From the IMG/VR virus record IMGVR_UViG_2684622652_000002: a stretch of DNA of 34,650 nt. One strand, written 5' to 3'. The position numbers and the translations under genes were made by a program. This DNA is from an uncultured virus (IMG/VR IMGVR_UViG_2684622652_000002) (Duplodnaviria > Heunggongvirae > Uroviricota > Caudoviricetes). Shown here in pieces: positions 23,685 through 33,698 of the stretch (its first letter is position 1; every line of letters starts with the position of its first letter). Below the pieces are notes generated by a model. That model was given only the letters and a program-made list of their open reading frames with translations, searched no databases and was not told the DNA's origin.

Positions 23685-26600
23685 ATGGAAAGAAAAAACG
23701 CCGGGATTGGCGATGTAATTAAAGCGGTAGATGTGGCCAGCGCGAAGGAGCTACAAGAACTGGCCCGCATCCGTAAGTCGGTAGATAGCTTAAAAGGGCA
23801 TGTCGTGGTTCAGGATGAGAAAATCCCCAGAACCGTAGCCGTAAGAGAAAAAAACGCTAAAGAGTCAGTTAGCGAAACCGTCTCTCCTGAAAAAGAAGCT
23901 GCCAATGAGATCGTGGCAGCAATGAAAAAACTTAATCTGGGTGGTGCGCCACGCGATGAATCTCCGGCTGCGGCGAGTAAACCAGATAACTCCGGGATAA
24001 CAACTCCAGTAGGTGAGCGCCGGCAGCAGTCACAAAAAAATAACTTAACACCTGCACAGATGACTGATGCAGCGAACCAGGCCAGGAAGGTTTTTAGCCG
24101 GGCGGCTGGTGGCGGTGAGAACAAATCAAATGCAGTCACTCGCGATGCGCGGGGGCGCTTTAGCGGAAGCAAGGCCGCCAGCGATGAGGTTAAGGCCGAG
24201 CATATCGAGAAAGCGCGGCATTTTAATGAGGAAAAAGAGCAGGAGGAACGTGAGTCCTTTCTGAAAAAGCTCACTAAAGCGGCTGGCGAACTCGAAAACC
24301 CATCTGAAACCCGTGCTGTTGATGCCGTGGGCTACGCCGTGGGCGGCCCATTATGGGCCATTGGCAAAGAGCTGGGCGGTATTACTAAAGAGGTAGGTGG
24401 AACCGTCAACAATGCCAGAAAATCAATGGCAGAAGTTTTTAAAGGTGATGACGACGGAAAGCGCCGGGGTTTTTTTGGCAGACGTAAATCACAAAATAGT
24501 GCCGATGTGGTCCAGCTTAACACCCAGAAGCGAACTGTTCAGGAGTTAGAAGATCAGACCGATGCGATAAAAGAGGGCGATCAGAAAATTATTGATCGCC
24601 TGGATAAAATCGAAGGCAACACAGGTAAGAAGGGCGGGGGGATATTCTCAAAGCTTTTCAATATGTTTGGTAAAGGCGGGAAAGGAGTGGTGACATTACT
24701 TGGCGGCCTGTTGGGTGGGCGCCTGCTGGGTAAAATCATTGGCGGGAAATTAGGTGGTCGTGCGGTAGGTAAGGTCGGCGCTATGGCGCTGGGCGGGCTT
24801 GGGCTGAAGAAAATGGCCCGCTCTTTGTTTGGTGGTGGGGCCGGTTCCGGCGCTGCGCTTGCTGAAGGCGGTGGCGCGCTGGCTGCTAAAGGTGTCGGTC
24901 GTTTAGGATTAAAAGCGCTTGGCAAAGGTATGCTTCGTGCTATTCCTATCGTAGGAACTATTGCTGGTGGCATTTATGATGGTGTCACTGGATGGAACAG
25001 TGCCGATGCTCAGCGAAAAGCATTTGGCCTTTCTGATGGTGAAGATCCGACGACACAGCAAAAAACAGCGTATACGCTGGCAAATATTCTGGATATGGGC
25101 GGATTAATTTCCGGTCTTTCCGGAGCCATCGGCAGCGCTTTAAAATCAATGGGCTTCGACGCTATCGGGGATATGTTGCAGTCCTTTTCAACCGATAGTA
25201 TCGCCCAGGCAATTGATGGCAGTCTGACAAGTGTCGGGAATTATATTTCAAACCTCGGCGACACTATTACATCAACATTTGACAATTATACTGCGAAAGT
25301 AGGAGAAACAGTTTCAGTATGGTTCGGTACTATTAAAACCGAACTTACTAATAAATTAGACTCAGTTGTTAGTTTCTTTACGGTTGAAAACTTAAAAAAA
25401 GTATTTGAAGGTGCAATTAACAGCATCATTGACTTTATCAAACATCCTGTTGATCACATTACTAATGGTGCAAAACAGGCTTATAAAAAAGTCGAAGAAA
25501 AAGTAAGTGGGCTTTGGGATGCTGCCGGAGATGCAGTCGCAGATTTAAAAAACGGAACTATTAAGGCTTTTGAAAGCGCTGGTGAAGCTATTCAAGGGGG
25601 GCGCAAGGCTATAGTTCACGGCACGGAAACCCTACTGACGAAAGCAGTTGATACAGCTAAAGCCGCACCACAAAAGGCCGGGGAAGCAATCAAGTCTGTT
25701 ATTGATTCTGATGTGGTTGAAACGGCTAAATCTGGAGCACAGAAGTTACAATCATCTATTGGGCAAACAGCCGCTTCGTTTACAAATACTGTTCGCTCTG
25801 CCGGAACATCTGATAGTGCATACGATACTGACAAAGCTAGATTCAATGGTGGGCAGGATGCGAAATTACCAAATCTAAATTCCGCTGGGCAGAAATGGTT
25901 AGCAGATAACGCTGATTATTTTTCTAAACTTGAGCAGAAATATAACCTTGAACCTGGTGTACTTTCTGCTGTATCAGCCACAGAGTCAAGTGGTGGACAA
26001 CGGATAGACCATCCGAGAGATAAAAACGGGAATGTTCTTTCTACTGCGTTAGGGCCATTTCAAATTCTTAAAGGCACAAGGAATGATTTAGGGCTTAGCG
26101 ATGCTGACGCTATGGACCCTTCTAAATCAGCCGAAGCAGCTGCGCGTTACCTCAGCATGCTGAAAAAAAGATATAACGGCGATCAAGGAAAAGCTATCGC
26201 CGCTTATCATGCCGGCATGGGGAATATAGATAAAGGTCGATTAGTTGACGGTACAGGAGAATATGTAACACGGGTTCGAGGCTATCAGGAACAAATTAAT
26301 AAAGGTGCTATTTTTGACTCCAAAGTTGATAACTCTAAGCCTGTAGCGTCTCCTTTGCCGGGGCATGGAGTTCCTGCTAATGCAACGATTGATGAGGCCA
26401 CAGGTCTCGCTTTCACACCAGGTGAGAGCCCATTCAAGAAAGGGGGGGTAGTCGATAAGCTTGGTGAAAAAGTTGGAGTTAATGACCTCGTAGAAAAATT
26501 TATGAACGGGCGAGGCATGAGGCAGCAAGTTGTTCAAGGTACGCTGGCAGAACGAGCCTATGGACCTGGGGTTCCTGCGCCTGGCACTGAAGATATGCCA

Positions 26601-26915
26601 ACTTCTGTTTATTCAATGGACATTCAACAACCAACCGCTCGTATTCCTATGGATGGACGCACTATCAGCGATCTTGGTGGTTCAGGTGCTAAACCGACAA
26701 TGCAGTTAGCTGATAATACCGTCACATTGGATAGTGAAACAAAACGGATTTTCGCACAGATGACGACGATTTTGGACAAGATTGAAGGGCATACGAAGGA
26801 TGCGGCCAAGAAAGGGGCAACTATCAAGGTCAGCACTCCGCAACCTGGCGTCACGAAGACTGTTCCTTTGTCAATCGACGATCCGCTGATGAATGAATAC
26901 GCGAGGGTAGATTGA
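23685..26915 (+). CDS. sit: Tape measure / structural lytic transglycosylase Sit
   Basis: 1076 aa, helical and Gly/Ala-rich with hydrophobic segments. SLT motifs ATESSGG, ALGPFQI, AAARYL and AIAAYHAGMGNI. Confidence 0.93.
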   Translation: MERKNAGIGDVIKAVDVASAKELQELARIRKSVDSLKGHVVVQDEKIPRTVAVREKNAKESVSETVSPEKEAANEIVAAMKKLNLGGAPRDESPAAASKPDNSGITTPVGERRQQSQKNNLTPAQMTDAANQARKVFSRAAGGGENKSNAVTRDARGRFSGSKAASDEVKAEHIEKARHFNEEKEQEERESFLKKLTKAAGELENPSETRAVDAVGYAVGGPLWAIGKELGGITKEVGGTVNNARKSMAEVFKGDDDGKRRGFFGRRKSQNSADVVQLNTQKRTVQELEDQTDAIKEGDQKIIDRLDKIEGNTGKKGGGIFSKLFNMFGKGGKGVVTLLGGLLGGRLLGKIIGGKLGGRAVGKVGAMALGGLGLKKMARSLFGGGAGSGAALAEGGGALAAKGVGRLGLKALGKGMLRAIPIVGTIAGGIYDGVTGWNSADAQRKAFGLSDGEDPTTQQKTAYTLANILDMGGLISGLSGAIGSALKSMGFDAIGDMLQSFSTDSIAQAIDGSLTSVGNYISNLGDTITSTFDNYTAKVGETVSVWFGTIKTELTNKLDSVVSFFTVENLKKVFEGAINSIIDFIKHPVDHITNGAKQAYKKVEEKVSGLWDAAGDAVADLKNGTIKAFESAGEAIQGGRKAIVHGTETLLTKAVDTAKAAPQKAGEAIKSVIDSDVVETAKSGAQKLQSSIGQTAASFTNTVRSAGTSDSAYDTDKARFNGGQDAKLPNLNSAGQKWLADNADYFSKLEQKYNLEPGVLSAVSATESSGGQRIDHPRDKNGNVLSTALGPFQILKGTRNDLGLSDADAMDPSKSAEAAARYLSMLKKRYNGDQGKAIAAYHAGMGNIDKGRLVDGTGEYVTRVRGYQEQINKGAIFDSKVDNSKPVASPLPGHGVPANATIDEATGLAFTPGESPFKKGGVVDKLGEKVGVNDLVEKFMNGRGMRQQVVQGTLAERAYGPGVPAPGTEDMPTSVYSMDIQQPTARIPMDGRTISDLGGSGAKPTMQLADNTVTLDSETKRIFAQMTTILDKIEGHTKDAAKKGATIKVSTPQPGVTKTVPLSIDDPLMNEYARVD

Positions 26916-27271
26916 TGGCGAATTTCAACGAAATAGACCCGTTGCTGGCGCTGGAGTTGTCTGGCGTAAAGACTTATTCCTCTCAGGAAGAGGCTTGGGC
27001 AGCGCGACTGTATGAGTGGCTGAATACGCCTGTTGGGGAGGTTTATGGCAATCCCTCATGGGGGAATATTTTGCCTGAATTTAAACACGAACCGACTAAT
27101 CTTCCCTATATCCAGATTGAGATTGAATTACGACTGATGGCTAAACTGGTTATAGATCTGCCAGATGTGCCGGTAAGGGGTTTATCAGTAAAAGAAGGGG
27201 AGGCTATGGACATGCTGAAAATTTCTATTCAGATCCATAGCACGGTAATCACACAGGAAGTGAGAATTTAA
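26915..27271 (+). CDS. pmgA: Baseplate wedge/sheath initiator, gp25-like (P1 PmgA)
   Basis: WLNTPVGEVYGNPSWGNILPEFKHEP is the gp25/GPW-like motif; 118 aa. Confidence 0.85.
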   Translation: MANFNEIDPLLALELSGVKTYSSQEEAWAARLYEWLNTPVGEVYGNPSWGNILPEFKHEPTNLPYIQIEIELRLMAKLVIDLPDVPVRGLSVKEGEAMDMLKISIQIHSTVITQEVRI

Positions 27272-28714
27272 ATGAGTAAATCAACTCCCACTAAGGCCAG
27301 CGTGCAAGCAGAGTTTGAGGCGTTGGTAGAAAACGACTCTTTCTGGTCCCGGTTCGTTGGTTCGCAGTTTGTATCGATGTTGGTGCTTTTTATCACGCAA
27401 CTGGTCTATCGCTGCTACCAGTATGCAGATGCTGCGCTGGCGGAAGGTTTTATTTCAACTGCGACCCGGCGTTCATCAATTTTGGCCGCCGCCGAGACGA
27501 ACGGTTATGTTGGTTCTAAACCGTCCCCTTCCACTGGCCCTGTGGAGATCTCTATAACGGGCACTGGCGCGCCGTTGAGCATTCCACAATACACCCCGTT
27601 TATTTCAGATGATCAATATCCATACCTGACAATGAGCGAGTGTAAATTTGGCGCAAATGGTAAAGCGCAGGTGGACGTAGCCCAGATGGAAATCCAGGAG
27701 GTAACTTACACCGTTACGGCAGCGAAGCCTTTTCTGGAGTTGGTACTGTCAAAAGCGCTGACGGCTGTTTGTTATAAGTTGGAGGTTTTTGTTAACACGG
27801 ACGGCGCTACAACGCAGTGGCAGCAAAGCATAATGTTCCGGCTGGCAAACAGTACCAGTCAGGTCTACGTAGAGTTTTATAAGCCGTCCGAACAACTTGG
27901 CGTTCGTTTTGGGGATGGGCTTATAGGCAAAATCCCCCCGGAGGGATCTACAATCACGCTGCGTGTCTGGTGTACTAATGGTGATGTTACATTGGTTGCC
28001 GGGCAAACATTGACGCCAGTTGATGAGGCGGCTGATCTGGCTGGTTCTATTTCCGTAAAAACTTTGGCGCCGATTACTAATGGCACCAATGCTGAAACCA
28101 CCGAGATCACCCGTAACCGTGCTCAATATTATCTCGCCTATGATAACCAGGTAGTATGGGGTGGGGATTACTCCTATTTCCTGATCCGCAATATTCCCGG
28201 AATGACCTGGGTTACTGCATGGGGGGAAGGGGAGCAAGAGAAACTCGATGGCGCTTATAACGTAAAAAACATCAACAATATTTTCATTTCAGGCTGGCAC
28301 CCTAAAAAGACCCAGGATGAGCTAAAGCAAATGGTCCTGGCCGCTTTCGCTAAGGTTCCAAACGAGCTAAATAAAAAATTCACTTATACGCCGGTTCGCG
28401 AGCTGCCGTTCCGGGTCGATTTAACCGGTACGATATCACCCAGCCAGACAACTGCAACGGTATTGAGTGAATTACGTAAGGAGCTGGAAACACGTTTCGG
28501 AAAGGATTCGGGTTATTTCGATCCGGAAAGTGTTGGTAAATACATTCTTATTAAAAAGAAAGATTTATGGGCGTTTATAGAACATCTTAAATTTTTCCAT
28601 GACTTCAGCCTTGAGTTTGTCGATTGGCATGAGTCAAACGGCTTCTTCGATTTTGTCTATCTCGATGTGGAAAACTCCACTTTTGATATTGATTACGAGG
28701 ACACGGGCGAATAA
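27272..28714 (+). CDS. bplA: Baseplate wedge protein, T4 gp6/J-like (P1 BplA)
   Basis: EGFISTATRRSSILAAAETNGY, VRFGDGLIGKIPP and TNGTNAETTE. Confidence 0.9.
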   Translation: MSKSTPTKASVQAEFEALVENDSFWSRFVGSQFVSMLVLFITQLVYRCYQYADAALAEGFISTATRRSSILAAAETNGYVGSKPSPSTGPVEISITGTGAPLSIPQYTPFISDDQYPYLTMSECKFGANGKAQVDVAQMEIQEVTYTVTAAKPFLELVLSKALTAVCYKLEVFVNTDGATTQWQQSIMFRLANSTSQVYVEFYKPSEQLGVRFGDGLIGKIPPEGSTITLRVWCTNGDVTLVAGQTLTPVDEAADLAGSISVKTLAPITNGTNAETTEITRNRAQYYLAYDNQVVWGGDYSYFLIRNIPGMTWVTAWGEGEQEKLDGAYNVKNINNIFISGWHPKKTQDELKQMVLAAFAKVPNELNKKFTYTPVRELPFRVDLTGTISPSQTTATVLSELRKELETRFGKDSGYFDPESVGKYILIKKKDLWAFIEHLKFFHDFSLEFVDWHESNGFFDFVYLDVENSTFDIDYEDTGE

Positions 28715-29829
28715 TGGAAAAGTCATGGTTCAGTAAGCGGCTAACGTCGGCAAAGCAAAAATCTGTTTTGTATTCGTCGCTGGCCGAAATCGTCCAGGCG
28801 TTAGTCAGTTCGTCCGTAGAACCCTGGCTGCGCCGGATTACAAACCGGAAGTCGATTTTTTCGATGGGTGAGGATGATCTGGCCATACGGACAAATGAGC
28901 TGGGCCAGTTCTTTACTATTCGCACAGAGAACTCGTCATCCATTCCAATGCTGCTACAGCAACGTTTAGACGAGATCCACTTTAAAGGCACTGACCGGCC
29001 AATCAACCAGACGATTTACCGTGAGTTTGACGGTATTCAAGTTACGTGGGAGCCATTATATGCACCTGCTGACCTGGAAAAGTACCCTTACGGGACCGTT
29101 CTGATTACGCAAAACAGCTTGCAAAGCACAGGCGGTATTTACGGTGAGATGTTCCTGACGTCACGGGGCATGATAAGCGTCTCGATTAATGAATTGACAG
29201 AAAAAATGGCCGGGGATGATGTGGTTGAGTCCGGCGGCTTAGATCAGGCCGCGATCACCGAAGCTGTTCTCACTAAATTTAATCAGTTTGTGCGCCCACT
29301 GCTTCCTAAGCACATAGTTTTCGATGGCCTTTCGATATATCTGTCTGTAATTGTCTATGAACGCCCGGAGAACCTGATACTTTTCAGCGTTTCCGATACG
29401 GACAAAGCATTCTTCTGGCATGAAGCTGCTGACGAAATTATCTCTATCGACAACATTACAAAATTGCCTCCAGTTAACGTTACGCCGGGCCAGGTGAGAG
29501 ACGTTACATCCATAACGTTTGATCGTGAGAAAGCCGATGGTGGCATTCTGGACGTCACCGAGAAGGGGTTATTCGACGACCGGATCGATGTATGGGCTAT
29601 GCGGTTGGAGAACAGCGAAGAAATGACGCTGGGAGGTGTTACAAGTGGCGGCCTGATTATTCAAATGACGGAGAATAACGACACCTGGAAATGCTCGCTG
29701 TATGTAGAGCACATGTTTACGCCCGCCGGCGGACAGATTTCCCCTGATTGGGAAGAAAGAACGCTCCTTTTTGACGATACAGGCCTTGATAGAGAGTTGC
29801 TGGATATATCAAATACAAAGGATAGTTGA
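28714..29829 (+). CDS. 16: Baseplate protein (P1 gp16)
   Basis: IHFKGTDRPI motif. Coupled to the bplA stop. Synteny. Confidence 0.8.
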   Translation: MEKSWFSKRLTSAKQKSVLYSSLAEIVQALVSSSVEPWLRRITNRKSIFSMGEDDLAIRTNELGQFFTIRTENSSSIPMLLQQRLDEIHFKGTDRPINQTIYREFDGIQVTWEPLYAPADLEKYPYGTVLITQNSLQSTGGIYGEMFLTSRGMISVSINELTEKMAGDDVVESGGLDQAAITEAVLTKFNQFVRPLLPKHIVFDGLSIYLSVIVYERPENLILFSVSDTDKAFFWHEAADEIISIDNITKLPPVNVTPGQVRDVTSITFDREKADGGILDVTEKGLFDDRIDVWAMRLENSEEMTLGGVTSGGLIIQMTENNDTWKCSLYVEHMFTPAGGQISPDWEERTLLFDDTGLDRELLDISNTKDS

Positions 29830-29830
29830 C

Positions 29831-29849
29831 AACGGACTTTCCATAGAAT
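29831..29849 (+). promoter_or_regulatory. Late promoter of the tail-fibre operon
   Basis: AACGGACTT-N4-TAGAAT. Confidence 0.65.
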
Positions 29850-29888
29850 CAGTCAGAAGACCTGCTGTCTGATTTTATGGAGCCCTAA

Positions 29889-30326
29889 ATGACAACGACT
29901 GTCTCCGATAAGCTCTACAAGAGCCAACTACTTGATTATTACTACCAGCGGCGAGCTGAATCCTCTATCAATATTGGTGAACGCTTTCTCATTAGCAAAG
30001 CTGTATTCGGTACAAGCGCGCTGGTAACAAAAAACGATGGAGGTGATTACGACATTGCTGATTTACCGACTGTGTTCTCAATGTCTGATATGACCAGTCA
30101 ATTCTGTACGATCCCCCTGGAACCGACCTATTCCGATGGTGTGATTACGATTCGCATGGATCTCGACCAGAAGCAGTTAACGGATGGAACCAGCTACCCG
30201 TTCAACACCCTGGCGATTCTGGATAACTTAAATAACCCGATCGCAATCATGTGTGTACAGGAAGATTCGTTATACGTAGGGAAGACGTATACGGCTGTTA
30301 TGGGTATCAATACAACCATTGCATAA
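29889..30326 (+). CDS. R: Tail fibre attachment/assembly protein R
   Basis: 145-aa ORF directly upstream of S. Synteny. Confidence 0.78.
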   Translation: MTTTVSDKLYKSQLLDYYYQRRAESSINIGERFLISKAVFGTSALVTKNDGGDYDIADLPTVFSMSDMTSQFCTIPLEPTYSDGVITIRMDLDQKQLTDGTSYPFNTLAILDNLNNPIAIMCVQEDSLYVGKTYTAVMGINTTIA

Positions 30327-30338
30327 GGATTTGCAACG

Positions 30339-32522
30339 ATGAGCGGAGATTCTGTTGTTATCTCTTCTGTAGCCTATCCCGACCCGCGTAAGCTGGCGCT
30401 GGTAGCGGATATGCAGTACCACGAACCGTACACATCTGCGGCTTTAAACCGTAAGCTGCGCGGCATACTTCGTGAAGGATTTTATACCGGCTTTATACCA
30501 CGCCCTGGTGGAGGGCTGAATTTACTGGTTACATCTGTTGATTCAGAACAAAAAACAGGTTCAGCGTCGATAAATATTGGTGATGATTACCAAATTACAG
30601 TTCGTCAGCAAAAAGACGTTATTTTAAAGCTATCGGCGGGAACAAAATTTGCCATTATCCTGAAGGCTGTATATACGCTTGGTTCAGACACCTATCAGGT
30701 TAACAGTAAGTCATCTATCAAGGCGACGGAAATATACGCAAAGACATTCACTGACAGTTATGAGTTAGGCGACGGTGAGTTGTTAATTTGTACGGTTAAT
30801 ATCCCTGCCGGCGCAAAAGAAATCACTATTGATATGATCGATAGCACAGCGAAAAAAGTTGCAGCTATTGGTATTGAACTCAGTAATGATTTTAATAGCG
30901 ATGAAGAAAAAAAAGCTGCGACGCCGAAAGCCGTAAAAGACGGTATTGCCGATCATGAACAAAAAGCGGACCCACATTCGCAGTATGCGATGAAGGAAAG
31001 CCCTGTTCTGACTGGAATGCCCGAAGCACCTACGGCTCCTGCTGGTTCAAACACCAATCAGATAGCCAATACCACATTTGTACAGGGTGTTATCCTGGGG
31101 TTAATTGGTGGATCGCCAGAAACACTAAGCACACTGAAAAAAATAGCGGACGCAATCAATAACGATCCGAATTTCAGTACAACTATCAGTAATGAGCTGG
31201 CGTTGAAAGCTCCATTAGATAGCCCATCGCTCACAGGTACGCCTTCGGCACCAACCGCGCCGGAAGATACCAACAATACACAAATTGCCACAACTGCCTT
31301 TGTCCGTCGGGCAATTTCCGCGTTAGTAGGATCTGCCCCAGAAACACTGGACACCATCAACGAGATCGCTACAGCGTTAGGCAATGACCCTAACTTTGCC
31401 ACAACGATGTTAAACGCTCTTGGTGGAAAGCAGCCGCTGGACAATACGCTGACGAATTTAAGCGGAAAAGATGTCGCTGGCCTTCTCGCATACCTTGGTT
31501 TAGGCGAAACGATAAATCTGGCCACTGGCGCCATGCAAAAAGACCAGAACTTGAATGATGTGCCAGATAAATCGCTGGCCCGTCAGTCCCTCCAGCTTGG
31601 CAACAGTGCTACACTCAACGTCGGCACCACGCCAGGCACTGTAGCCGCTGGTGACGACATCCGTATTTCCACCGCCAAAAGAGCTATAGACGACACCCAG
31701 ACCGGTCTTGGTGCTCAGCCCGTTATGTGGGTAAGTACCGCCGATGATTTGAGCATTCTGCCGTCTGGTGCTCGCCGGTTTGCCAGCAATAAAGCTCCGG
31801 CAACGATATTGCCGGTAAACGATTATGTTTTTCTGGAAGTGATTGCCAAGCGCGATTGCGTAGACGGCTGCGCCGTTCTGATAACAGACTCAGTTGGCAA
31901 CACCTGGATTGGCGCGCGCTGGGACGCAACCAATGATTCCGGGTTTACCTGGCGTCCCCTGATGTCGTGTCCGCCCGGCGTTCCCCTTCCGTGGCCGTCT
32001 GACACCATCCCTGCTGGTTACGCCCTGATGCAGGGGCAAACATTTGATAAGAACGTTTATCCCTTACTAGCAATAGCTTATCCATCCGGCACTATTCCAG
32101 ACATGCGCGGCTGGACAATCAAAGGCAAGCCCGCGAGCGGGCGCGCTGTGCTCTCTCAGGAGCTGGATGGCAACAAATCGCACAGTCACAGCGCCAGAGC
32201 GCAAGATACTGATCTAGGAACGAAAGGTGCGTCGTCATTTGATTACGGAACGAAGAGCTCTAATACAACAGGCGGTCATAACCATTCAGCGGGCGGCACA
32301 TACGGTGGTGATTCAATCGGTGGAAAAGCTCGCGTTCAGCGTGATGGCAATGACCAGTTAACAAGCTGGAATGGCGATCACGCACATACCACATGGATTG
32401 GCCCGCATGATCATACTGTATACATCGGTCCACATGGACACGTCGTGATTGTAGACGCAGACGGTAATGCAGAAACTACGGTGAAGAACATTGCTTTTAA
32501 TTATATTGTGAGGTTAGCATAA
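30339..32522 (+). CDS. S: Tail fibre protein S (constant Sc plus the currently expressed variable Sv)
   Basis: AATPKAVK; two SPxLTGxPxAPTAP...TQIAxTxFV repeats; crossover site at AYLGLGET; tail-collar domain; HxH-rich tip ending [13 protein letters not shown]. Confidence 0.95.
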   Translation: MSGDSVVISSVAYPDPRKLALVADMQYHEPYTSAALNRKLRGILREGFYTGFIPRPGGGLNLLVTSVDSEQKTGSASINIGDDYQITVRQQKDVILKLSAGTKFAIILKAVYTLGSDTYQVNSKSSIKATEIYAKTFTDSYELGDGELLICTVNIPAGAKEITIDMIDSTAKKVAAIGIELSNDFNSDEEKKAATPKAVKDGIADHEQKADPHSQYAMKESPVLTGMPEAPTAPAGSNTNQIANTTFVQGVILGLIGGSPETLSTLKKIADAINNDPNFSTTISNELALKAPLDSPSLTGTPSAPTAPEDTNNTQIATTAFVRRAISALVGSAPETLDTINEIATALGNDPNFATTMLNALGGKQPLDNTLTNLSGKDVAGLLAYLGLGETINLATGAMQKDQNLNDVPDKSLARQSLQLGNSATLNVGTTPGTVAAGDDIRISTAKRAIDDTQTGLGAQPVMWVSTADDLSILPSGARRFASNKAPATILPVNDYVFLEVIAKRDCVDGCAVLITDSVGNTWIGARWDATNDSGFTWRPLMSCPPGVPLPWPSDTIPAGYALMQGQTFDKNVYPLLAIAYPSGTIPDMRGWTIKGKPASGRAVLSQELDGNKSHSHSARAQDTDLGTKGASSFDYGTKSSNTTGGHNHSAGGTYGGDSIGGKARVQRDGNDQLTSWNGDHAHTTWIGPHDHTVYIGPHGHVVIVDADGNAETTVKNIAFNYIVRLA
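31483..31522. other. Invertase crossover site (cix/gix-type), left end of the invertible segment
   Basis: TTCTCGCATACCTTGGTTTAGGCGAA. Positions 31495-31522 are a perfect 28-bp inverted repeat of 34623-34650. Confidence 0.92.
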
Positions 32523-33106
32523 TGGATTTTAAGATGAGTGATAAAGCACAGACTATTAAAATTTATAATCTTCGCTCAGACACACATGAATTTATTGGTG
32601 CAGGTGATGCCTATATCCCACCTCACACCGGATTACCTGCAAACTGTACGACGAAACCAGCACCTGAAACAGAAGACGGTTTTGTCGCTATTTTTGATTT
32701 AGAAAATGGCAAGTGGACTGTTTGTGAGGATCATCGAGGCGAGGTCGTGTATGATATTAAAACCGGAAATGAAATTTTTATTACATCATTAGGCGCTTAT
32801 CCGGCAGAAACTACGACAACACCTCCAGCAAATAGTTGGCAAAAATGGGATGGGGAAGCATGGATAGATGATGCTGTAGCGAAGCATTCCGCAACAGTTA
32901 GTGAGGCTGCATATATCAAAAAGAACCAACAAAATAAAGCCAATAGTATTATCGATACTTTACAGGATGCAATTGATTATAAAATGGCAACTGATAACGA
33001 AAAAGAATTACTGGTTGAATGGAAAAAATACCGAGTATTGCTAAATCGCATTAATCCAGAAGATGCCCTAAACATTGACTGGCCAGCAGAACCAGCCAGC
33101 CAGTAA
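32522..33106 (+). CDS. U: Tail fibre assembly chaperone U (lambda Tfa-like)
   Basis: IKIYNLRSDTHEFIGAGDAYIPPHTGLPAN, EDHRGE and WKKYRVLLNRI...IDWP. Confidence 0.92.
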   Translation: MDFKMSDKAQTIKIYNLRSDTHEFIGAGDAYIPPHTGLPANCTTKPAPETEDGFVAIFDLENGKWTVCEDHRGEVVYDIKTGNEIFITSLGAYPAETTTTPPANSWQKWDGEAWIDDAVAKHSATVSEAAYIKKNQQNKANSIIDTLQDAIDYKMATDNEKELLVEWKKYRVLLNRINPEDALNIDWPAEPASQ

Positions 33107-33110
33107 AATA

Positions 33111-33698
33111 TTATTTAGGTGATTCAGGCCACTTTATTTCCTCAAAAGTGGCCTCGCTATTAACTTGTGAAAAATCAATAGCTTTTAACTTGTTAATGTA
33201 GCCCATCCAATTGATTAGAGTGACTTTATTTTTATCACTGATAATCCCCAGTGTTAATTCTGTACGCCAGTCCTTAATGGCATTGTCGGCATCGCTAAGT
33301 AATTTTTGTCGGGTGATTTCGGCCTTGGCCCGATAATCCACCGGAACGGGTAAAACCTTGCCATCTCTGTACAACCATGAGCCATCACCACGGCAGCCGT
33401 CAGGACAGTCAGCAGCGTCTACTTCCGCAACAGACATATTAACCGGCCACAGCATTGATACAGCATATGTGTTTCCACGTTGCGGGACTGGCTTATTAAC
33501 AACACCCCAGATAACCCCCTCATGGTCGTACATGATTTTTGCGGTTTCATCAGAAAATAATGACTGACATTCATACCAGTCCTGCCCGTCTTCTGACTCC
33601 AGAAAATATGCACCTATATTTATTTCGGACTGAGTTTTACCCCTGTTTACGGGCGCGTCAATAAGTCTGAAATTTTTAATGTCCTGATATTTTTTCAT
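33111..33698 (-). CDS. U': Alternative tail fibre assembly chaperone U'
   Basis: FLESEDGQDWYECQ, SMLWP and IKWPESPK. ATG 33698 overlaps the Sv' stop (TAATG). Confidence 0.88.
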   Translation of the reverse strand: MKKYQDIKNFRLIDAPVNRGKTQSEINIGAYFLESEDGQDWYECQSLFSDETAKIMYDHEGVIWGVVNKPVPQRGNTYAVSMLWPVNMSVAEVDAADCPDGCRGDGSWLYRDGKVLPVPVDYRAKAEITRQKLLSDADNAIKDWRTELTLGIISDKNKVTLINWMGYINKLKAIDFSQVNSEATFEEIKWPESPK

